The translations under genes and the position numbers were made by a program. 27,408 nt of DNA from Cyanophora paradoxa CCMP329 (taxonomy: Eukaryota > Plantae > Glaucophyta). The stretch spans positions 1 to 27,408 of the forward strand of contig QPMI01000387.1 in NCBI GenBank assembly GCA_004431415.1, in the 5' to 3' direction. Of the stretch, positions 1-9,617 are shown piece after piece. The stretch's first letter is position 1, and each line of letters starts with the position of its first letter. Under the pieces are notes generated by a model. It had not been told where the DNA came from, made no database searches, and worked only from the letters and a program-made list of their open reading frames with translations.

Positions 1-670
1 GCGCGGGCGGAGCTGCGGGCGGCGGCTGAGGCGGCGGCCGCCGACCGGCAGGAGAGGCACCAGTGGGCCCGGGTGCGACCCAGCGCCGCTGCGGCCCGAG
101 GGGCGCCGCTGAGGCGGGGGCGCAGGCGCGGCTGGAGCTGCTGACGATGCGGGCCGAGGCGGAGCGGAACCTGCGGCAGGCCACCGCCGGCGTCGCCGGG
201 TGCGCGGCGCCCTCCCCCCGGCCCCAAGGCCCTGCGAGCGCCGACGGCCCCTGGCGCAGCGGACCCGGGCCTCGGCCTCGTACGCCCCCGCCGAGTCGGA
301 GGCGGGCGCGTCGCTGCGGAGCCTGCAGCAGCAGCTGCAGGCGGGGGCGGAGGGGGCGTCGCCCGCGGGGGCGGGCCGGGGGGCGACTGCCGGCGAGTCG
401 CGGCTGGGCTCGCGGCGGCCGAGCGGGTCGTCCGCGGGGGGGAGCATCCTGGCGGAGGCGGAGCAGGAGGCGCAGGGCCTGCGGAGCTACCTCGACGACC
501 TCGACCGCACGCTCTTGACCCGCTACGGCGTTTCCTCCCAGGCGCCCCGTGCCCGCCCTACGCCCCAGCGGCCCATCGGCGGCGCCCGCCTAGGCCGCGC
601 CGGCGCCGGCGAGCCCGGGCGCAACCCCTACGACGACCTGCTCAGCGAGCTCGAGCTCTCCGCCCGCTGA
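1..670 (+). CDS. 3' end of a multi-exon coiled-coil protein of unknown function (5' end outside window)
   Basis: Exons read ARAELRAAAEAAAADRQERHQWAR / ARLELLTMRAEAERNLRQATAG / RTRASASY...AEAEQEAQGLRSYLDDLDRTLL...NPYDDLLSELELSAR*. Introns about 73-125 and 192-259 (GT..CAG). Stop TGA 668-670, followed by an AT-rich 3' region (710-760). Confidence 0.6.
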
Positions 671-781
671 CGCCCCGGGTCGACGTCCCCACCCCGCACT
701 CTCCGCAGCTTTCATTGCTTTTTATACATTTCAATATTGATGCACTACGAAACAAGTGCAGCACCCGTGGGAAGGCAGCGC

Positions 782-1727
782 TTAGCGACCTGTCAAAAAG
801 GAAATGAGCGCCGAAGAGGAAAGAGGAAAAGAAGAAGCTCGCACGGTCGCGGCGGTAGTTGTTGTTCGAGGGCGCCTTGGGCTTCGCCTCGCTCACGGAG
901 ACCTCGCGGCCGGCGATCCTGCGCGACGAGGCGATCAGAGCTCGTCCTGTCAAGGAATTCGAGGCCTCGCCGAAGAACAAAACGCACGAGGTGCCGTTCA
1001 GCTCCTCCGCCGCCTTGCGGCCGGCCTCCTTGTCGAGCATCTCGACGAACGCGAAGCCGCGGGACCGGCCCGTCTCCTTGTCGAGGGGGATCGAAACGCG
1101 GTGCACCTCGCCGTAGCGCGAGAACTCCTGCATGAGGTCGTCCTCGTTGGCCTTGAAGGACAGGTTGCCAACGTAAATGTTGAAGATATCCTTCGCGGCG
1201 ACGAAGCGGCGGAAGCGCTGGTTGGTCGCGAGCTCCTGTGTGCCGGTCAGTGCCGATCAGAGGCGAAGGGAGGCCCGAGGCGGGGAGGGACGCGCCTTGA
1301 GCTCCTCGGCCTTCACATACCACTGGTAGTCGCACTTCCCGCACTTGACCTCGCGGCCGTCCACGGGGATCGCGTCCTTGGCGATGGTGTAGCTCGCGCC
1401 GCAGCTCGGGCAAGTAATGTACGTCTTCAAGGGCGCGGCCGCCGCTTCTTCCGGAGCCGCAACTTCCTCAGAAGCGACGATCTGGAACCGCTGGGCTGGC
1501 TGGCTCGTCGCGTGCGCGAGAGGGATCGCACAGCCCGACACGGACGCGAAGAAGCGGGGGAGGGAGGAGGGGGAGGACGCGAAGAACTCGGTCCGCAGAA
1601 TCGAAGACGCCCTGGAGGCTGCGGGGGACGGGGCCGCACTCTGGCTGCACGCGGACGAATATCCAAGACCCGCCGGCACGCGCTGGGCGATCGTCGAGCT
1701 GGAAACTACTGTGGTAAACGCCTGCAT
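782..1727 (-). CDS. Plastid-targeted protein: transit peptide + MJ0042-like C4 zinc ribbon + RRM resembling cyanobacterial Rbp RNA-binding proteins
   Basis: Exons 1727-1296, 1235-988, 918-845, 789-782. Introns 1295-1236 (GC-AG), 987-919, 844-790. Ser/Ala-rich MQAF... leader; CPSCGASY...VKCGKCDYQW zinc ribbon; RNP2 IYVGNLSF; RNP1 RGFAFVEM; ends AKPKAPSNNNYRRDRR*. Confidence 0.88.
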
Positions 1728-1833
1728 CCTTGGGGGGGCTGTTCGAGCTGCGGAGGGCGAACGGGCTGGGCTTTCCGGGCGACTTCGATCTTGACGCACT
1801 GTACCCGTCGCCACCATACAAAGCCTGTCAAAG

Positions 1834-1847
1834 CTGCGCATGCGCAG
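1834..1847. promoter_or_regulatory. 14-bp perfect palindrome CTGCGCATGCGCAG, candidate promoter element
   Basis: About 107 bp upstream of the RRM gene ATG (1727). Related CTGCATGCGCAG at 12655-12666 lies about 107 bp upstream of the F-box gene ATG (12773). Confidence 0.3.
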
Positions 1848-2161
1848 TGCTGGCTAAAGCGGAACGCGTTGATCGCGACTCCGGTGATCGTTGCACTGCG
1901 CACAACGATGCGTACGTGGAGCTGAGCTGTCGCTCGCGCGCTTGCGCGCGCACCACGCGTGCGCATGCATATGTACACGCGTGTGAGTGCGCACTCTGTC
2001 ACGCAGCTAGAATGACAGACTAGTTTTAGCTAGTCTAACTATAGAGACTTGCCGGGACCAGGGCGCCCTACCACTGTACACGGCCCCCGGCCCCGCGCTA
2101 TAGCTAGCCCTAGCTTGCGCTGCAGCTACAGGTTCCACGGTTGCGCATTCGGGGGATCGCC

Positions 2162-5100
2162 TCATATCTTGAGGTTCGCCATCCCCCCCGCGGCGCTGGA
2201 GCCGGAGACGTTCACGACGGGGAGCGCCCCCGTGGAGCTCTGCGGGCGCCCGTCGCGCAGGGACCCGTCGGGGCGCTGCAGCTGCGCGGCCGCGTAGAGC
2301 GGCGCGTTGTGCGCCGCCGCGCTCGCCGCCGCCTGCGTCGCCACCGCCGCCGCCGCCGCCGCCGCCACGGCCGCCTGCACCGGCGCGGGTCAGCCCGGGA
2401 CGGATGGGGTCGAGGGGGCGGGCGGGGCGGGGCGGGCCTGGCGGCCTGCTGTGCGGCGTTGACGGCGGCGTGGGCGGCGGCGGCGGCGGCGGAGGCGTTG
2501 GTGGGGCCGGCGCCAAGCTCGAGGAGGCGGGCGGGGAGCTCGGGGGGGCCCCCGGGGCCCGGGCCGGCGGCGGGCCCCGGACTCGAGGGCTGCTGCCGGT
2601 GCACGATCATGTGCTCGTTGATGAGCGTCTCGTGCCGGAACTTGATCCGGATGTTCGGCACGTTCGTCTTGTGGATGTCTGTCCGCCCGGTCAGGCGGAG
2701 GGGCGGCGGGGCGTCGGGGTGCGGGGGCGGCGGGGCGGCAGGGACCGTTGCCGGCGGCGCCGGGGAGGAAGTAGGTGGGCCCGAGCCAGCAGGCCTTGAC
2801 GGGGTGCTCGAAGCCCGACATGAGCACCGAGTTGCGCGCCATCTCGCAGAGGTCGCACGCCGACAGCTTCCACACCTGCCGCCCCCCAGCCCCCGTTCAG
2901 CGCCCCCCGGCGGGCGGGCGCGCCCGGGGGCCCCGGGAAGGAAGAAGGCGGGCCTGGGCGGCGACGGAGTACTCCTCCACGAGGGGCTCCTTGGTGAAGT
3001 GGATCAGCAGCGGGTCGTCCGTCGAGAGGCACACCTGCGGGGGGGAGGCGCGGCGCCCTCAGCCGCCCGCGGCTGTGCCGTGAGGCGCGCGGCGGCGGGC
3101 GGGCGGGCGGGGACGCGCCCGGAGGCCGCGGGCGAAGTACTTGGGGAAGGGGTTGCGGTGGTAGTCGAGGAAGAGGGAGTTGTTGGAGAGGGGCGACATG
3201 GCGATGGGGATCTGCGCGAGGTAGTAGAGGTAGCACAGCGTCGGCGCCTTGCGCAGCACGATCCCGTGCGAGATGTTCTCCGCCAGCAGGAACGCCCTGC
3301 CAGGGGCGCGGGAGGGGCGGGGTGAGGGGAACGGCGCGGCTGCGGGGCGGGGGCGGCGGGGCGGACGAGGCGAGGTGCTCGGCGTCGCCCGACTCGCCGC
3401 AGTGCGGCCGGAAGGAGAAGGTGGTGAAGCTGCGCGGGCTCAGGCGAGGGGGCGGGGGGAGAAAGCCGGGCTACCGCACGCACCCCTTGGCCTCGCGGAA
3501 GCGGTTGAGGGTGTAGAGGTTGGCGTAGAGGTAGCTGCGGGCACGCCCTCAGGCGGGCCGGGGCGCGGCGGCCCGGCGGCGCGCGGGGCGCGCGCGCACT
3601 AGACGTAGTAGCTGTAGGGGGGGTTGGAGGAGCCCGTCCAGTCGGCGGGGGCGGGGACGGCGTTGGGGTCGATGCGCGGGTCGGGCCGCGACTCGTCGTC
3701 CACGCAGTCGAAGCCGACCACCTGGGGCCCCCTCGGAGGAGATCCAAGGGCGGGCCGGGGGCAGCCGGCGGGGTCAGACCTGCTGGAGGAACATGTGGAC
3801 CTCGGGGTGCGAGGAGGGGTCCTTCGTCGCCTCGAAGAGCGGCTCGAAGATGTCTGCCCCCGGCCCCTCAGCAGGGCGGGGCGGGGCGGGCGGGGCGGGG
3901 CGGGGCAGGCGGGGCGCGCTGTCGAGGAGGTCCTGGAAGCACTTCACGTCCCCCGCCGCCCGGAAGGTCTCGTACAGCCGCGGCACCTGCCCGCCCCCCG
4001 CCCCCGCCTCAGCTGTGGCCCGTAGGGCGGGGGCCGGCGGGCGGGGCGGGGCGGGCGGGCGCCTGGATGAGCCAGCGGACGTTGTCGCAGTAGAGCTTGT
4101 TGGAGCAGATCCAGCGTGCGAGCTTGTCCCACTCGGGGCGCCTGCGCCCGTAGATGGAGATGCGGTACTCGGCCATCTGGTACTTGCTCGAGGCGAGGTC
4201 CGCAAAGACCTCCCGCGAGATCTCCGCCAGGTACCGCCCCTCGATCAGGTTGTCCGTCTTCAGGAAGATCTCGCGGAGGCGCGACTGCCCCGCCGGGTTG
4301 TACTTCAGGTTGAACCGGTCGAACCGGTGGAACGTCCCCTTGTCCGCCTGCCCCGCCCCCCGCCGAGCTTCAGCGGCGAGCGGGCGGGGCGCGGCCGGGC
4401 GGGGCGCGGCCGAGCGCGGCGGGGCGGCCGGCGCGGGAGAGGGCGCACGTGCATGTCGAGGGTGTCGATGGAGAGGTCGTAGGGGGTCAGCCCGAGCGAC
4501 TCGAACACCTGCCGCCCCGCCCCGCCCCGTCCCGTCACGCCGCGCGCAGCGGGCAGCGGCGCGGGGACGGCGCGCCTCCTTGAGGGTCAGGTGCTTCCCG
4601 TCGCGGAAAATGACCACCTCCTGCGCCGGCGTCGGCCGGGCCGGGGCGGGGGCGGGGGAGGGTCGGGGTCGGGAGAGGGGCGGGGGCGGCGCACGTGGGA
4701 GGAGGTCTTCATCTTGTGCTTGATGAAGCGGAGCAGGTGCTTCTGGTTCATGCACGCCGTGTGGTGCACGTGCGTGTCCACCTGCGCCCCCCGGCCCCGG
4801 CCCCGTCTCGCGCCCCGCCCCGCCCCCCGAGGCGGGGACAGCTCTCGCCTTTCGGACGTTGTAGAAGTCGCGGTGGGGCACGCGCTGCGCCGCGGCGTCA
4901 GCGGAGCCGCGGGGCGGGGCGGGGCGGGGCATGGCGGGGCGGGGGTACACGCGCCTTCTGGGCGACGAGCTCCTTGTCGTCGTTGAGGAGGAGGTGGAGG
5001 TTGAAGCGGGCCTCGAGCAGCAGCAGCCGCCGGTAGCTGAACGTCTTCGTCGGGCCGTCGTTGCTGATCTTCATCAGCCGCTGCAGGTCCTTGTAGTACT

Positions 5101-6321
5101 GGCCAACGGAGATTGCCCCGTGAACCGCCTCCTGCCCCTTCTCCGCCGCTGGCCCCGCGCCTCGGCCGGCCGCACGGCGCGGGGCGGGGCGGGGCGGGGC
5201 GGCGCACCCTCGGCGCTCTCGTAGACAGTGAAGACGCCGCCCTTCGCGACGTAGTGGTGCTGCGCAGCCGCCCTCGGGCCCAAGCGGTTGCGGCACGGGA
5301 TTATAACCGGGGCGCACGGAGGAGGGCCCCGGGATGTCGCAGGAGAAGGGCTTGAAGGGGCACCCGATCTGCACCGTCGAGCTGTTCCCGAAGTGCGGGT
5401 TCGTCGGCGGCGGCGGCACAAAGAGGTGGTCCCCATCCTGCGGACCACGAAGGCCGCGCACGACCGTTCGGCAGCGAAGGAAGAAGGAACAAAGAGGAAA
5501 AGGGGGAGCGGCCGGCGCCCGCACGAGCCCTGTGTGTCTAGCGCACCTCCCACGGCTGCTTTTGGTTCTTGAAGAGGTACCGATCGCGCATGTCCATCGC
5601 CTCGCGTAGCGCCGCGCATGCCGCGTACGCATCTTCGCTCATCTCCTGGTCGGCTGCGCACGGCGTGTGACGTCAGCGCTGCCCGGCGCGCTAGACGTGC
5701 TCGAGTTGCGCAGCTAGAGGATCTATTGCGCTACGAAAGACGCCAGCAAGCGCGCTGGGCCGAGACCCGTGGCCGCTCGAAGGGACGCAGCGCACCGCCC
5801 TCAAGGCGCAGGCGCGCGAACTCCTCTGGGTCCACAGAGTCGCGAGAGAACTTCACGGGCCCTTTTGTCGGATCGCTCACAGCGCCCTGCGCGCACGTAC
5901 GCGGTGAGCGCTGCGGGCGCAACCGCGCGGGCCCGGGGGACGAGTCAGAACCACCTTCGGCGACCGGATGCCGGGACTGCGCAGTCCCGGGTGCAAATGC
6001 ATGCTGGTAGTGGTTCCTAAGAACGACGAGGAGTGCAATGGCGTGCTTGGCTCCATCTCATCCCCATCCGCATCTAGATCTGCGTCGTCCTCAGGAGCAT
6101 GGTCGGCATCGATCGGCATAGGCGACCCGCGGAGCGAGGTCAAAATGCGGTCGATCTTTCCCACTTGGTGAGCAATGTTCGCCTGGCCGGACAGATCAGC
6201 CGAGGAACGAACGCAGCGGTCGTGACAGCGCGCGGGACCGCACCGCTTGGGAAACCGCACGAATAGCGCTTTCTCCAGCGCCGTCCAGCGCCGTGTCTAG
6301 CGACCGCCGCGCTCCAGACAT
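2162..6321 (-). CDS. AMPD: AMP deaminase (about 20+ introns)
   Basis: Spliced exons give hallmark motifs: [11 protein letters not shown]|[49 protein letters not shown]|[72 protein letters not shown]|[38 protein letters not shown]. Probable ATG 6321 (MSGARRSLD...); Ala-rich C-terminal tail ending NLKI* at 2162. Confidence 0.96.
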
Positions 6322-6627
6322 TGCGTGTACGTATGCGTCGAGACTCAGTGACTGCGCCGAAAATTGGGGTAGGCGCCGAAAAGAGACCTCCAGGCCTAGG
6401 GCAGCGGCGCTCGCGCGCGCTAGCGCTAGCGCTAGCTGGCCGGCCCTGCAGCAGGCCTAGGTTTTCTGAAGATATCGCGATCGATAGCGATCTGAACTAC
6501 GTATACGCGCCGGGGCGCCGGCGACTAGCGCGCGCGCCGCGGCGCGCTGGTGCCAATTGCAAGGCCCAGCGCCGGCGACATCGACGTCATGTCTCAAGCT
6601 TCTACTTGTGATTACGACTGTGGCATT

Positions 6628-9309
6628 TCAAGCTTCCACAACGGCCTCTACCTTCACGTCGACGCCGGGGACGCCGCTCGAGCTCGGCGGTGGCGCGCAC
6701 GCGTGCGCGGCCTCGCTCGCCGGCGGAGCCGAGGAGGCCGCGACGCCTGCAGCTGCGCATGCGTCGCCGCCGAGGCCGGGGGCACCGGCTGCCGCGGCCT
6801 GGGCCCGGCCGCGGCCGCGCAGGCCCCGCGCCGAGATCTCGGCGGCGAGCTCCGCCTGCAGGGCGTCCCAGCTGCCGGCGACAGAGCGTGAGCCGGGGGC
6901 GGCGAAGCGGGGGAGGGGGGGAGGGGGGAGGGGGTGAGGGGCTGCGGCGCCGGCGCACGCTTGGACGGCCTCGGGCGGGGCTCCGTCGCTGACGGCCGCG
7001 TGCTCGAAGGCGGCGAGCACCTCCCGCCGCCGGATCGGCGCCAGGCGACCCTCCTCCAGCCTGCACGGGGCGAGGGAGGTCTCGGCTGGGGCAGGGGGCG
7101 GACGTCGGGGCGGGGCGGGGGGCGCGGACCCGGCGGCGGCGGCGTGGAGGGAGTGGAGGGCGGCGAGGGCCGCCGCGTACAGCCGGGGGCCCTCCTCCAG
7201 GGGGGTACTCGACCACGGGTCTGCCGCGCTCGCCATGCGCTGCAGCGCCCTGCAGACGGGGCATCTAAGCATTCCCGGAGAGGGCGGGGAGGCCAAGGGA
7301 CGCCGGAGGGGTCCGCACCCCCGCGCTGTCTCGAGTGCCTTTGACCGCCCACCGGCCGCCGCCCGGCCCCGCCGCCGCGATCCGCTGCCGGTCGCCTCCT
7401 CCGCCGCTGGTGCCGGCTCCCGCAGAGCAGCGGCGGCAGCCTCCAGGGTGGGGGCCCACCCCGTCATCTCGAGCCGCCTGCGCTCGCCCAAGTGAGCCTC
7501 GAGCAGGGCACAGCCCCGCCGAGAGGCTTGCAGACCTGTTCCGGACGCTCGCCGGCTCGCCGTGCTCGCGCTTGGCCCGCGGCGCCTTCGGGGCCGACGC
7601 CGCGTCGCTGGAGGCGGCGGTCGTGGCCTGACCGGCCTTGCGGGGTGTGAGACTTTGAGGGCAGGGGCGCGGGAAAGGGGGGTACAGACATCGGGAAGCT
7701 CCACGAGGGAGGACCGGCCGGGGGCGGGCGGCGGCGTCGCCGGTGCCGGCGCCGCGGACGGGGAGGGCGGCGCGGGCGCCTCGGGAGACCCGGGGCCGGC
7801 GCGGGGCCGCGGCGCCCCGCGGATGACGAAGTCGAGCATGCTGCGGCACGGCTTCCGCGGCTGCACCGCCGCCGCCGCAGGCGCAGGCGCGGCTGGCGGG
7901 GCGGTCTGCTGCGGTTCCGGTACGGGAGGGGCCAGAGGGGCGTCGGAGGGCGCGGCCACTGGAGCTGCTGGAGCGGAAGGCGGGGCGGGGCTGAGATCGG
8001 GGGGCGGGGCGGCGGGCGCCAAGTGCGGCACGGGCCCCGGGTCGGGGCGCTCCTGCTGCTGCTCCTGCGGGGCCTGTGCGGAGGGCGCGGCGGCGGTGCC
8101 CGCGGGGCGGCGGGGCTGGCGGGGCGCGGGGCGGGGGCCTCGTCGTCGGAGAGCTCGATGGGAAACTCCTCCGCGGGGTCCGCCCCCTCCTCACCTCCCT
8201 CCCCGTCCCCGTCCTCATCTTCGCTGTCCGAGAGGCCCTCCATGCTCCCCGGTCGCCACGCACCCCGCGAAGAGCGCGGCCCCGCCGGCTGCTGCGCGGC
8301 GCCCGCCGCTCCGGCCGGCGCGGCCGGCGGAGCGCCTGGGGGTGGGGCGGCGTCGCTGGCGAGGACGGCGGCGATGCGGTCGAAGAGCTCGGCCTTGCGC
8401 AGGCCCGAGAAGACCACCCCGCGCGCCTTCAGCCACGCCCGCGCCTTCGCCACCGTCAGCCGCGTCCGCTCCCCGCGCCGCACCAGCACATCGGCTGCCG
8501 ACGGGGGCGCTCAGCGGCGGCGGAGGGCGTTGAGGAGCGCTGAAGGGCCAACCGGGGAGCGTGCGGATGAGCTGCGGGATGGTGCGCACGCCCCTGCACG
8601 AGGGGTACCGCACGCAGCCGAAGAAGTAGCCCCACTCCGACCCCCGCGCCCGCACGTCGGACTGCGGAGGCGAATACGAAGCGCGTGAGGGGCGCGGGGC
8701 TTGGGCTGGGGGTGGTCGAACCCTGCAGCGGGGACACTTCAACTCGGACGGGGCGACGCCCTCCACCTGGGCAGCAGCCGCCGCCAGGCCCGCGGAGTCG
8801 GCGAAAGGGGATTCGTCTGTCGCGCGGTCGTTGGCGGGCAAGCAGCGAGAGCGCGCGCGGGACAGCGATTGCGCACCGTGGCCCCAGAAGCGGTCGTCGT
8901 CTTCCGCGTCGCTCCCAGCGTCCGACCCGCTGTCGCTGTAGCCGATGTCGTGGCCGAAGTCGTCGTAGCACCCGTACCGCCCGTATCCCCGGGCACGTCC
9001 GCCGCCAAAATCGTACGCCTTCTTCTGCTTCGGCTGCTGCTTCTGCTTCTTTTGCTTCGGTTGCTGCTTCTGCTTGCTCCCGTCCGCCTTGCGCTTCTGG
9101 CCCGTCGACGACGAGGCTGCATACGCAGTGCCGCTTGCGGGCGGCCGCGGCGGCGGTGCGTACGCGTACGCGGGCGGCGAGCCGCCCGTCCTCGCGAGGG
9201 CGGCGCGGTGCCTGCGGCCGTTCAGGTGCGCGTGATAGTCTTGCGGGTTCTTGATGGTCGCGGGGCAGATCGTGCACTGCCATGGCAGCGGAGGGACGCC
9301 GCCGGCCAT
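6628..9309 (-). CDS. Putative nucleic-acid-binding protein: U1/matrin-type C2H2 finger, topoisomerase-type C4 zinc ribbon, SAP-like motif, low-complexity linker, uncharacterised C-terminus
   Basis: WQCTICPATIKNPQDYHAHLNGRRH (C2H2); K/Q-rich NLS-like QKRK...KQKK; LKCPRCR|SDVRARGSEWGYFFGCVRYPSCRG (zf-C4_Topoisom-like); LTVAKARAWLKARGVVFSGLRKAELFDRI (SAP-like); acidic SDSEDEDGD tract. Exon structure of the 3' half and the stop (ORF end 6628) are uncertain. Confidence 0.65.
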
Positions 9310-9617
9310 GATATCGATGCGCGATGAAGTTCGTGGTCCAGGGCGATGCGTGTGCTACGCAGGTTCAACTGCAACCGTAGACGACGGGGGGCGATATGGA
9401 CTGCCAACGCGGGACGCGACGTATGCGTCCTTGGAGAATGCCACGAAGGCGCGCCGAGTTTCGAACAACGACGCGCGTACCCGGACCCAGATTCGTCCCC
9501 CAGTAGCCCCAGCCGCACCAGCCATGCCGCCTGTATCTCTCGGTTGCAGCTCATAGATTGCTCGTTGAGACGTTGTTTAAGCGCTGAGGCCCCCCTCCGG
9601 CCGCGCGGAGGCGCGGG

